Below are positions 55,321-64,000 of a DNA stretch of 64,000 bases, one piece after another. The number at the start of each line of letters is the position of its first letter. The stretch's first letter is position 1. This DNA is from a virus (lineage: Duplodnaviria; Caudoviricetes): IMG/VR virus record IMGVR_UViG_3300033076_000210, positions 1-64,000 of that record, one strand, 5' to 3'. The translations under genes were made by a program, and so were the position numbers. The notes beneath the pieces are model-generated. The model ran no database searches, was not told the DNA's origin, and saw only the letters and a program-made list of their open reading frames with translations.

Positions 55321-57285
55321 TTAAGCCCATGTTCCTACACTAGTGTCAGCACCTGCCGGGCCAACTGGGTAGATAAAAATCCCGCTGCGTGGTTGAACAC
55401 TACAACTGGTGTTTGGCGCGGCACTAAATGCCACCTGGAAGTTTACAGTTGATGCAGTGTTAACATCAATATATCCTTTGATCAATACCCGAGCATAGCT
55501 AACACTTATTGGCATAGCCGCGGTGATCGGAACTCCTGTGTCAAATCCCGAAGTAATGTAATTAAACATCTGGCTTCCGGAAGCCACTGATGCAACGGTT
55601 GCAGTAACACTACTGTTCACTGTGTAAAAATGAGAGAATAGACTACCAGCAGTTAGGGCCAGGCCGTAATTAATCGTAGGTTGATTTGATCCCGAGCCGT
55701 TCTTAGCAAAGTAAGCGTTGATTTCATAAAAGTAACGAGTATTTGCTGATAGGTCAACTGTTTTACCAAACAAACTTTGTGCTGCTGTTGTGCCAGCAGT
55801 TAAGTTTCTTGCAGCATTGAGAACAAAAGTTTGCTGAGCTGGGATAACACCGCGTTCTAGTCCTTGTGGCACACCAACAAACACAGTGCCATCGTAACTT
55901 ACGCCACCGGTAACTGGAACAGTTGGTAGAGCACCTGCTGTAAATTGCAACGGTGTCTGTGTTGTAGTCCCTGCAGGTAGATTCACCCAAGCGTTTGACA
56001 TTACCATGCCATCGTTAAATACCGCAGTAGTCGGAGTTAATGTTAATGCAGTTGCTTGCGTAGTTGATCCGTCTGGAATAGCCTTAAAAACAATCTTACC
56101 TGGGCGACTTGTATCTGAGAATGTGCCAGCAGCTTGAAATTCGATATGTGATGCATATACACCCCCATACCCAGTGGTACCCCAACCTGCTGCACCAATT
56201 TTTCCCAGTGCATCATTGTTTTGGACTGCTGCCGGAACGGCCAGATTACCACGGGCAGCACGCATAGTAAACTCAGGCCCTGTTACTGCGCTGGCAACAT
56301 TACCATAACCATCGTAAATTATCAATGGTGTTTTGTTATCTTGGCCAGTAAACTGTGCTACAACGTTGGCTAACACCGGGCGACGGGTGTTTCCGTTTTG
56401 ATTATTAGTTACAGTAAGAACAGCAATATTACTAGCATTGCCGGTGTCAATGATACTTACACGCCCAGTTGTTTGTAAGTTATTTGCATAGATAGTATCA
56501 CCGTTGACATACGCTGCACGAGTAATAGTAGTTGAGTTTAGTGGTGTGGTCCAAAATTCAATTTGACTACCGTAATTTGATGTAGTAGCATCTCCGTGTT
56601 GAACAAAGTCAACTCTAGCTGTACTGATTGCCGGCCATCCGGTGTTGCTTAGTGTTGGCGTAGCACCGACACGAGAAATAATTTCCCCGGCAAGGATTCC
56701 AGTTGGGCTATCCACTGTACCATTATATCTACGCCCAATGTAGGCAGAATAAGCACCGTTGCCATCGTTGTAAATACGACTTGGATCTGCATCTTGACCA
56801 GTGATGTGCAGTAATACGCCAGTGTTTTGTGGGTTACTTTCAGTGCCTGTGCTGCTACCAATAATATTAACACCGCTGGTATATCCCGACATTGGAGCTA
56901 ATATAGTAACGTCTCCAGTTGAGGCTATATCAAACGACGGTGCTGCACTGAGATTGCCTGATGCATGCACATGTAATGCTCCGCCGACGTTAACTTGGCT
57001 ACCAGGAAGTAAATTAATATTACAATTACCCCCGTTGCAATCTATATCAATATCAGCATCTGGGACAGATGTTGTAATTGTAGTGTTGTTAAAGACAAAA
57101 TTAGCAATAGCAATGTTTGCCAAATTGCCAATTAAGTTAATCGGCAAGCCACCGGGGGTAACTCCGTCACTGATTCGTAATGTCCCTGAATCAGGATAAT
57201 AAAATATTCTGTTTACTTGGCCTACGTATTGACTGGGGTCAATATTTTTTGTTCTTGTGGCCCATAGCTCCATTGTGTCTGCCAT
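55321..57285 (-). CDS. tail fibre / receptor-binding protein
   Basis: LRISDGVTPGG N-terminal motif; T/G/N/S-rich; internal duplicated module. Confidence 0.7.
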   Translation of the reverse strand: MADTMELWATRTKNIDPSQYVGQVNRIFYYPDSGTLRISDGVTPGGLPINLIGNLANIAIANFVFNNTTITTSVPDADIDIDCNGGNCNINLLPGSQVNVGGALHVHASGNLSAAPSFDIASTGDVTILAPMSGYTSGVNIIGSSTGTESNPQNTGVLLHITGQDADPSRIYNDGNGAYSAYIGRRYNGTVDSPTGILAGEIISRVGATPTLSNTGWPAISTARVDFVQHGDATTSNYGSQIEFWTTPLNSTTITRAAYVNGDTIYANNLQTTGRVSIIDTGNASNIAVLTVTNNQNGNTRRPVLANVVAQFTGQDNKTPLIIYDGYGNVASAVTGPEFTMRAARGNLAVPAAVQNNDALGKIGAAGWGTTGYGGVYASHIEFQAAGTFSDTSRPGKIVFKAIPDGSTTQATALTLTPTTAVFNDGMVMSNAWVNLPAGTTTQTPLQFTAGALPTVPVTGGVSYDGTVFVGVPQGLERGVIPAQQTFVLNAARNLTAGTTAAQSLFGKTVDLSANTRYFYEINAYFAKNGSGSNQPTINYGLALTAGSLFSHFYTVNSSVTATVASVASGSQMFNYITSGFDTGVPITAAMPISVSYARVLIKGYIDVNTASTVNFQVAFSAAPNTSCSVQPRSGIFIYPVGPAGADTSVGTWA

Positions 57286-57296
57286 AGCAGTTCTCC

Positions 57297-57695
57297 TTAA
57301 CTATCTAATGGCTCGTCGTCGCTCATTTCATTGCGGATTAAAGCGTTTACTCCAGCAGCACGTTTCATCGATTCTAATGCAGCAGTTTCTTCTTCGCTCA
57401 TGGGAGTTGTTTTATAATTGCTGGCTTCGGGATCTTCTTCAACATTGTCTTCGCTGTAGATGTTTTCAACACCAACTGCACGTTTTAACAATTCTAATTT
57501 TAACTGTAGCGGTGGAACTTGTTTGGTATCAGGTTGCTTGACCAACTCCTTGCCAGTTTCGTCACGCATTACAACGTCAGGATTATTAACACCACTAGAA
57601 GCACCTAGTGGCTCGTCTCCGGGTTCTGCACCACTGGCTTGACTGTTGATCAAGTCAGCAAGTTTACGCATTAAATCTACTTCATTAATTTTCAT
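57297..57695 (-). CDS. probable head-internal protein
   Basis: MKINE N-terminus, PPLQ.KLELLK. Confidence 0.6.
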   Translation of the reverse strand: MKINEVDLMRKLADLINSQASGAEPGDEPLGASSGVNNPDVVMRDETGKELVKQPDTKQVPPLQLKLELLKRAVGVENIYSEDNVEEDPEASNYKTTPMSEEETAALESMKRAAGVNALIRNEMSDDEPLDS

Positions 57696-58078
57696 CTTGG
57701 ATATCCTCGAAATGCTTTTACAGGGCTCTTTGTGCCTGTTGTATTAGGTTCTTCGCTGTCAGCAGTACTAATTAATTTCTTGCCGCCAGGAGTGTCTGTC
57801 ATCTTGAGTGCAGCATCAATAATTTCAGCGATGCCATGGTTAAATCCCGATACAATAGCATGTTCTCCGAATGCTGTTTCTGCTGTCCACTCTGGCATGT
57901 GCGGGTTCACATCGTCTTTGCGATATTCACTGCGGGCTCGCGCCATGGCTACCCCAAATCTATAACTCTTGTATGGATCAGCAGCACTCAAGCCCGGCAG
58001 AGTGTAGGCATCACGCATGGGCTCTTTTGTCTCGGGTGGCAATTCACGTTGCTCACGAATGAACTCACGGGCTCTCAT
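57692..58078 (-). CDS. probable head-internal protein (paralog of 58075..58449)
   Basis: MRAREFIRE...KSPVKAFRGYPR. Confidence 0.65.
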   Translation of the reverse strand: MRAREFIREQRELPPETKEPMRDAYTLPGLSAADPYKSYRFGVAMARARSEYRKDDVNPHMPEWTAETAFGEHAIVSGFNHGIAEIIDAALKMTDTPGGKKLISTADSEEPNTTGTKSPVKAFRGYPR

Positions 58079-58449
58079 CGCGGATACCCCTTGAATCCCT
58101 TGATAGGACTTTTATTGTTAACTGCTGGATGTTCTTTACTTTCTAAGTCGCCGTCGTTGAGATCATGTGTTTCGCTGCCCACTGCCTTGAATGCTTGCTT
58201 GAGCATTTTTTGTTCTTCTTTGGTATATGGCTGTGCTGTATTGTATTTGCCAATCCAGCTGGCCTGATCCATGTCTAAAGGAGCATCAGTGCCGTCTGCA
58301 CATGCAGCGGCCATCATAACACGATTGAGTTCATAGGTGCGATCGTAACCGCCTGGATCACGAAACTTGTGAAGGCCAACGGTAGAATCTTGATAGACTC
58401 GACGTATTTTGCCTTCTTGCTTCTCGACTATAAACTCACGTGCTCGCAT
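58075..58449 (-). CDS. probable head-internal protein (paralog of 57692..58078)
   Basis: MRAREFIVE...KSPIKGFKGYPR. Confidence 0.65.
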   Translation of the reverse strand: MRAREFIVEKQEGKIRRVYQDSTVGLHKFRDPGGYDRTYELNRVMMAAACADGTDAPLDMDQASWIGKYNTAQPYTKEEQKMLKQAFKAVGSETHDLNDGDLESKEHPAVNNKSPIKGFKGYPR

Positions 58450-58745
58450 TATTCGCCTACGTAACTTCCGCCGCCTTGAACACCAGCTGTGCCAGAACTT
58501 GCTGTGCCAGATTCGGCAGCAGTGAAGTTTGAACCAGTAATAGTAAGGTAGTTGCCTACACCTACATACTTGTATTCAGTTGCGTAAGCAGGAACGCTGA
58601 CAGCGTTTGAGTAAATGCTGCTGGTAAAGTCAGGAGCAAGCCAAACTTGATACGTCACAGCAGTGTTGCCTGTTGAGATTTCTACTTTGTCAGTGGCCCA
58701 AACAACGTTGGCCACTGAGGTATAAACATTTGCTTGACTTGCCAT
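58449..58745 (-). CDS. small virion structural protein candidate
   Basis: Beta-rich, T/S/G/A-rich, in late operon. Confidence 0.55.
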   Translation of the reverse strand: MASQANVYTSVANVVWATDKVEISTGNTAVTYQVWLAPDFTSSIYSNAVSVPAYATEYKYVGVGNYLTITGSNFTAAESGTASSGTAGVQGGGSYVGE

Positions 58746-58747
58746 GA

Positions 58748-60574
58748 TTAGCCCTTAAATGATTTTAGTTCTGCATACAACTTCATGCCAAGGTCTGTGC
58801 CTTCGGCCATGACGCCTTGACGTTGATCTTGACGGTTGAACGGAGCACCAACAGTTTGACCAGTTGACTTAGGACCATTTAATCCGCCTGAGTATAAACG
58901 CATTTCAGGATCGTTTTCGTCAGTTGTTACTTGATCTGTAGGCCAGTCAGGTTGATTCTCATCTAACTCTTCTTCGCTACCACACGAGCAAGGGCTGGTT
59001 TCGCAACCACAACCGTGATCTTCCTCTTGTGCTGCCATACCTGCTAAGTTCAACAATTGTGCCAATTGTTCTGCTGCTTCGCCTTCTGCGCTGACAGTGA
59101 TGTTCTTGCGTGGCTCGCCGTTTTCGTCCATGCTCATGTTCACTGACACATTCATTGATTCGGCGATCATATCTTCTAATTCACGGTTGATGCTGTCATA
59201 AATGCCTTTGCCAACAATGCCACCTTTTTTGGCTTTGCCGCCTGCTGCTGGAGCTACGGAACCTGCTGTTGTAGTTTCTTCAGTCTTTTCCTTTTTGTTA
59301 GGAAGACCTTTTTCTTTTGTAGAAGCAAACTTTTTCAATTCGCCTTTGGGCATTTTGGCCATTTCTTTAGAAGCGCCTTTTAGCTTGCTTTTAGGAATCT
59401 CACCTTTTTGAGCAGCATGGGCAATACCAGCGGCTTTGCGTTGAGCTTTGCTTACAGCTTCTTCTTCAACGCCGCCTTGCAGTTCGCGATTCTTTTGTTG
59501 CAATGTATCGTCGATATCACTACGACGACGCATGTTGCTACCGATGTTAGAAATACCGCCTTGCATGTGCTTCTTCAAGAAGTTGTTGGCCATCTTTTGT
59601 GCAGCTAACAACTGGTCACGAGTTGTGCATGATGCAATAACTTTGCTCAACTTAACTAAGTCGCTGCCTTCACTTGATTCTTCTTTGACTTTTTCCTTAC
59701 GGCCGCCTTTGTGCTTGTAAGCCTTGGCTGTGACACGCTCTGGTGCTTTGTCTGTTTTCTTAGGACGACCACGACCGCGCTTTTCGCCGTCAGCTGGTTT
59801 GTCATCATCTGCGCCCACTGAGTAACCTGTGTTGGGGTCAGTGCGACGAGTTACTCTACGACCTGTGCCTGTGTCTTCGATATCATGCTTGGCACCGTGG
59901 GTAATTTCACCCTTCTTGGTCTTTTCGCGAGTGTCCTTGGCATACTTGAGCATGTCGTCCCACCCTTCGTCGATGTCGCTGTTGTCAGTAAATTCTTTTC
60001 CGCCTACTTTAAACTTGCCGCCTTTGGGTGTTTTGGCTAATGCACCAGTAAATGCATTGCCTTCGTCTGCTACTTGTTGTTTGCCACGCAATGCGTTCTT
60101 CATTGCTTCAGCAGCAACGTCGCCTAACATTTCATCAACTTCCTTTTTAGCGCCGGCAATCTTGTCAGCGAAAGTGATCTTGTCTTTGGGTTCGGCAATA
60201 GCAGCAAACTTCTTTTGCTTGGGTGTCATTGGGATTCCACCTTCTTCTGCCATTGGTAACTGCCCAGATGTTGGTTTTGCGCCTGCCATTGTAGTCTGTT
60301 GTCCAGGTTGTTGTGGTGGCACTTTGCCGGTTACAGGAACGCCAGCTTTCTTTTGCAAATCTTTGATCATGTCTTCGTCTGATCCATGACCTAATGTGCT
60401 ACCAATTGCTTGAAGTGCTGCTTGAGCCCCAGACTTGACAGTGTCAACAAATCCTTCGTCTACTTCTTGTGTGCGCTGTTTTGGCATTGCACGTTCATTA
60501 AGTTGACCATGTTTAAGTTCTGGCTTCTCACGAATGGCATCGAGAGTTTTGTTTAAGTTGTAAAAAAATGTCAT
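58748..60574 (-). CDS. modular head-internal polyprotein with DUF3008-like module and AT-hook-like motif
   Basis: AVSKAQRKAAG...KGASKEM...FASTKEKGLP; KRGRGRPKK; many [LIVM]xE sites. Confidence 0.6.
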   Translation of the reverse strand: MTFFYNLNKTLDAIREKPELKHGQLNERAMPKQRTQEVDEGFVDTVKSGAQAALQAIGSTLGHGSDEDMIKDLQKKAGVPVTGKVPPQQPGQQTTMAGAKPTSGQLPMAEEGGIPMTPKQKKFAAIAEPKDKITFADKIAGAKKEVDEMLGDVAAEAMKNALRGKQQVADEGNAFTGALAKTPKGGKFKVGGKEFTDNSDIDEGWDDMLKYAKDTREKTKKGEITHGAKHDIEDTGTGRRVTRRTDPNTGYSVGADDDKPADGEKRGRGRPKKTDKAPERVTAKAYKHKGGRKEKVKEESSEGSDLVKLSKVIASCTTRDQLLAAQKMANNFLKKHMQGGISNIGSNMRRRSDIDDTLQQKNRELQGGVEEEAVSKAQRKAAGIAHAAQKGEIPKSKLKGASKEMAKMPKGELKKFASTKEKGLPNKKEKTEETTTAGSVAPAAGGKAKKGGIVGKGIYDSINRELEDMIAESMNVSVNMSMDENGEPRKNITVSAEGEAAEQLAQLLNLAGMAAQEEDHGCGCETSPCSCGSEEELDENQPDWPTDQVTTDENDPEMRLYSGGLNGPKSTGQTVGAPFNRQDQRQGVMAEGTDLGMKLYAELKSFKG

Positions 60575-60580
60575 TTTGAA

Positions 60581-61189
60581 TTATCCTCGTGGGTTACGGC
60601 CAGTTGCTGGCTTAGGTGGACGCTTGACTGTGCTCATTGGGCTGTTTTTGCCTTGTGGTAAGTCATTTGTAGTTTCTGCGGGTTTGGTTTTTTCGCCAGC
60701 AATAGTGAAATCTGAACGGTAAGCATTTTTAAGGACTGCATGATCGTATGGGCCAGTTGCATAATCTTTGCTCAACGCTTTTTGTTTTGCATCAGGTGCA
60801 GGGAAATCAGTATCGTCGATTAATTCTTTGTTTTGATCTTCGATATCAATGCGTTCTTCTTGATTATTGTCAGAATAATTAGGAGTTTGCATCAACACAC
60901 GGTTTGGGTCCATGCCCAATAACTGTGCAATTTGACGAATTTGTGCATCGATCGCAGGATAACGGAATTCTACATCCACTGTGCTTACACGTTCATTACT
61001 GAATGCAGGAAAGTCCGGTGTTCTTGCTTGGATAGGTGTGGTTTTTACATCACCTACTTTAACTGGATCAAATTGATCCAACTTTGCTTTAAAGTCTTTG
61101 TAAAAATTGCCTGGTAAGTCACCGGCGAATTTGATGCGATAAGAGTATGTTCTTTCGCTTTCGATTAGATAATCTCTGAAGTGTTTCAT
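60581..61189 (-). CDS. hypothetical virion protein
   Basis: MKHFRDYLIES N-terminus; TAAATA at 61207-61212. Confidence 0.65.
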   Translation of the reverse strand: MKHFRDYLIESERTYSYRIKFAGDLPGNFYKDFKAKLDQFDPVKVGDVKTTPIQARTPDFPAFSNERVSTVDVEFRYPAIDAQIRQIAQLLGMDPNRVLMQTPNYSDNNQEERIDIEDQNKELIDDTDFPAPDAKQKALSKDYATGPYDHAVLKNAYRSDFTIAGEKTKPAETTNDLPQGKNSPMSTVKRPPKPATGRNPRG

Positions 61190-61215
61190 GTCAGTTCCCT
61201 ATGCAATATTTATGC

Positions 61216-61710
61216 TTATTTAGATTTTTGGTCTCTACCGGCCAGTAGGCGTTCCAGTAAGTCGTTACGGTTTAATACCTGGCCTTGTGCTGTTTCTGTA
61301 GGGCCTTCTTCGCTTTGTAAGTCACGATCCAACTTTAATTTCTTCATTTGGAGATCGATCATCTTGAGTTTTTTGTTCATTTTGGCTGTCTTTGCAGATA
61401 GTGCATGCCCTAGCATTGTGCCAGCTACGCCGAAAATTTCAGCAGCAAATCGACTATCAACATTCATGCCCAGGTCTGATAAGTCATTAAAACTCTTTTT
61501 GGCCATGTCTGCAATTTCATCAAGCTCCACATCGGATCTATCCACATCGGATACGCCCGACAATGCAGCATCAATTTTGTCAATGGTGTTGTCAACATTG
61601 GCAATAATTGTTTGTGTGTCTTCAATGGTGAGATTGCTGTGATCAATCAAGTGATCGCCGATAGATTCGCTCGGCGGAAGGTCAAACAGGTCCTCTAATT
61701 TTTTGGTCAT
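61216..61710 (-). CDS. putative terminase small subunit (gp16-like)
   Basis: Helical/coiled-coil 164 aa, C-terminal RNDLL motif, TAAATA at 61715-61720. Confidence 0.45.
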   Translation of the reverse strand: MTKKLEDLFDLPPSESIGDHLIDHSNLTIEDTQTIIANVDNTIDKIDAALSGVSDVDRSDVELDEIADMAKKSFNDLSDLGMNVDSRFAAEIFGVAGTMLGHALSAKTAKMNKKLKMIDLQMKKLKLDRDLQSEEGPTETAQGQVLNRNDLLERLLAGRDQKSK

Positions 61711-61725
61711 ACCCTATTTATGGGT

Positions 61726-62157
61726 TTAAGCACGACCGTTATGAAACATGTCTTTTTCTGTAATGACTCGGAAGGTTAACCCTTGGCGACGGCACCAAGC
61801 AGTAGCAGCCTCCCATTTAGCATAGTTTACCGCTACAATAGCTCGTTCTTTGCTGCTTTGATTTTCTGTAATAGCACTTTGACCGCTTGGCTTGATTTCA
61901 ATCACTTCGGCTTTAACTGTATTGTTTTTAGTTCTATACACAACTAAAAAGTCCGGAACATAAATGGTTTGTTTACCACTTAGCGGATTACGGTAAGGTA
62001 TGTTAATGCTTTCGCTAGCCCATTGCAACACATGGTCGTTAGTATCACAAAAGCGCATAAATGCCAACTCCCACCCAGATCGGTATCTAGGCACACCTTT
62101 ACCAACATACTTGGCAGTGTTAGTAACATTGTAAGGTCCCTGCGCCCACTTAGACAT
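61726..62157 (-). CDS. gp4: head completion nuclease (T4 gp4-like)
   Basis: YRSGWE, WASE..IPY, YVPDF, IEIKP, N.AKWEAA, F.VITE. Confidence 0.88.
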   Translation of the reverse strand: MSKWAQGPYNVTNTAKYVGKGVPRYRSGWELAFMRFCDTNDHVLQWASESINIPYRNPLSGKQTIYVPDFLVVYRTKNNTVKAEVIEIKPSGQSAITENQSSKERAIVAVNYAKWEAATAWCRRQGLTFRVITEKDMFHNGRA

Positions 62158-62516
62158 TATTGTCTCACATTTCTAGCAGCCCAGTAATTAGGCGATACAG
62201 GTGTTAAGATACCCAACATAGTAGCAGGACTTTGCACAGAGTTTAAATAGTATGCCAGACTTAATGTGAGTTGTGGGCCAGTTTGCCCTTCAACTTGTTG
62301 TAACATAGTCACTGCACTAACACCAGCTGCTTGCGCAGCTCTAAACCAAGCTACTGTAAAATTCTGAGCCTGTTCGGTTGTGTTAAACACACTGTTGAAG
62401 TAACTCCACACAATGTCATACTCTGCCGCAGGAATATCTTCGGCATAATTGTAAAATTGATCAAAAATTCTAACTGTTTGATCAATACTGGGGTTAGCTG
62501 CATTAATAGTGCCCAT
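62157..62516 (-). CDS. hypothetical virion protein
   Basis: Coupled ORF in tail/head operon. Confidence 0.65.
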   Translation of the reverse strand: MGTINAANPSIDQTVRIFDQFYNYAEDIPAAEYDIVWSYFNSVFNTTEQAQNFTVAWFRAAQAAGVSAVTMLQQVEGQTGPQLTLSLAYYLNSVQSPATMLGILTPVSPNYWAARNVRQ

Positions 62517-62518
62517 GA

Positions 62519-63742
62519 TTATGACCTTGTTGTTCTAATTTCGTTAGCTAATCTTGTAGTAAGATCTGAGGTTGTGGGTACTGCGCCTCTTGCAGCGGTA
62601 GATTTTGCAGTTGGAAAGAATATGCCGTCAAGAATACCATTTTGTCCCGCGGTACCAATCACAGCTTTCTGCGCTGCTGGCAATGCGCCTTTAGCGATTG
62701 TTTTAGCGCCTGCTTGTACTTCATTGTTGAAGATACTCTTTAGGTTCTTATCTTTGTAAGTGTTATAGGCTGCAGATGCTTTTTGTGCAGCACCAATTAA
62801 TCCAGCAACACCGCCAGATGCCAAATCTTCAGCAATGCCTAACCCAGCATCAATAAGACCACCTTGGCCTAATACAGTTCCATTTTGTGCAGGGTTAGTA
62901 ATACCACTTTGGTGATTGTCGTAATATGCAGAATCTGCAAATCCAACAACGTTAGGGTCTGGTCTAACATTGCCAATTGCGCCGGTACCGTACTTTACAG
63001 TTTCGTAACGCAAGGTCATTCTATGACTCATAGTGGCATTACCTTGTGCATAGTCATAGGTATCGTGTTGCCATTCAGTTATCATTGGATTGATCAATAC
63101 GTAGCTGGCCCACTTGTGTTGGTCCATACCAAAAATTCGTATGTCTCTAAAGAAAGGCTTTTTGCCGCTGCGACCTACACTGGTAATATCTTTACCGTCA
63201 GTATAACTTTCGCCAATATAACCCCAATCGTTTACTGATCTACTAGCATCATAAGTGTCTCTAGCATTGTAATCAAACGCTGTCGGGGTTGCTACTAATG
63301 GCCCTAGATTGCCGTTGTTAGGCGAGAGATTATCGTACTTTTGACTAGGATCTTTGTAATAATAGGTATAGTAGGTATACCACATGTTACGAATTAAATC
63401 GCCGCCATCGTCGTGGAATTCAAATTGTACTGGATTATAATCAATCTTTGTTTGAATCAATCTCTTTCGATTATATTGATTCATTGTTTCTACACCAATT
63501 TGATAATTTGGCAACTGAACATTCTTGACCATTAACCCAATGGTAGCAATGTCCTGATTATTAAACGCCGATCCCAGTAACGGAACATAAGCAGTGTTAA
63601 TAGTAAAGAACACATGAAATAAGAATTTGCTCCGTGGAGCAAATTCATAACCATTGGTTAAAAAGGTTTTAGAGGCATGGGCATAATCGCTTACGCCTTC
63701 ACCTGGACCAAACCCTTTTAAAAAGTCTTGTCCGAATGCCAT
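62519..63742 (-). CDS. tail-tube-fold baseplate/tube initiator protein (gp19/gp54-like)
   Basis: V.LP......NQYNRKR....I.Y.PV..EFHDD pattern; follows the tail tube gene. Confidence 0.65.
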   Translation of the reverse strand: MAFGQDFLKGFGPGEGVSDYAHASKTFLTNGYEFAPRSKFLFHVFFTINTAYVPLLGSAFNNQDIATIGLMVKNVQLPNYQIGVETMNQYNRKRLIQTKIDYNPVQFEFHDDGGDLIRNMWYTYYTYYYKDPSQKYDNLSPNNGNLGPLVATPTAFDYNARDTYDASRSVNDWGYIGESYTDGKDITSVGRSGKKPFFRDIRIFGMDQHKWASYVLINPMITEWQHDTYDYAQGNATMSHRMTLRYETVKYGTGAIGNVRPDPNVVGFADSAYYDNHQSGITNPAQNGTVLGQGGLIDAGLGIAEDLASGGVAGLIGAAQKASAAYNTYKDKNLKSIFNNEVQAGAKTIAKGALPAAQKAVIGTAGQNGILDGIFFPTAKSTAARGAVPTTSDLTTRLANEIRTTRS

Positions 63743-63744
63743 TA

Positions 63745-63999
63745 TTAACCAGTAGCTACATCGTTGACAGTTCGGCCAATAGGTTGTCCAACGCCAACTG
63801 AAACGCCAGAAGTGGATGTTTGAACAGCATTGTCAAATCTAATAGTCATCGAGACAGTAACAGGCTCACTAGAACCATAGTTCATGTCACCATAATTGAC
63901 TTCACTGAGATAGCAACCATAGATTTCCCAAGTTTCTAAGACCTGCACAGTATCACCATTGCCGCCGTCGAGTATTTCAAATTGAGTTACAAACTTGTA
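63745..63999 (-). CDS. gp19: tail tube protein (T4 gp19-like), partial
   Basis: FEILDGG...ETWEIYGCY...NYG...Y.SSEPVTVSMTIRFDNA; frame open to the right edge. Confidence 0.8.
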   Translation of the reverse strand, partial: YKFVTQFEILDGGNGDTVQVLETWEIYGCYLSEVNYGDMNYGSSEPVTVSMTIRFDNAVQTSTSGVSVGVGQPIGRTVNDVATG

Positions 64000-64000
64000 A

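Noticed and set aside
32-63238. Numerous plus-strand and nested ORFs in the track (e.g. 244..564, 1613..2116, 59829..60389, 61181..61642)
   Set aside because: Antisense shadows of well-supported minus-strand genes, without RBS or motifs; only 27230, 37936 and 38760 were accepted on the plus strand.
1-64000. Stop-codon reassignment
   Set aside because: Core genes are full length under the standard code and coding density is high.

Overview
A 64-kb segment of a large, lytic, T4-like (myovirus-type) bacteriophage genome, probably infecting a Proteobacterium (sigma70-type promoters, DadA, class Ia RNR, type IV pilin motif). Coding is dense, uses the standard code and lies almost entirely on the minus strand. 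From left to right: (1) small early hypothetical genes behind repeated TTGACC-N17-TATAAT promoter cassettes; (2) a PAAR/tail gene pair; (3) an nrdA-dadA-nrdB-glutaredoxin operon; (4) a beta-helix tail protein, exonuclease and GNAT; (5) a block of probable head-internal proteins, including a 638-aa PolX-like nucleotidyltransferase/ligase-like fusion with prohead-protease-type sites; (6) T4-like replication genes (gp41 helicase, gp61 primase, gp62-like, UvsW), a 192-aa miniature DnaE, and interspersed radical SAM and SGNH enzymes; (7) an early operon with an AAA ATPase, a type IV pilin-like peptide, tiny membrane proteins and two structured non-coding elements; (8) a ~10-kb glycosylation island with six paralogous KpsS/KpsC-like GT-B proteins; (9) UvsY, UvsX and gp32; (10) large terminase, a signal-peptide-bearing non-specific nuclease, tail fibre, head-internal proteins, head-completion nuclease and tail tube. 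Many genes appear to be leaderless. I found no tRNA, rRNA, CRISPR array, intein or integrase. All functional calls come from motif recognition by eye, and no database searches were run. Several starts were moved from the supplied ORF track to fit RBS, stop/start overlap or promoter evidence.
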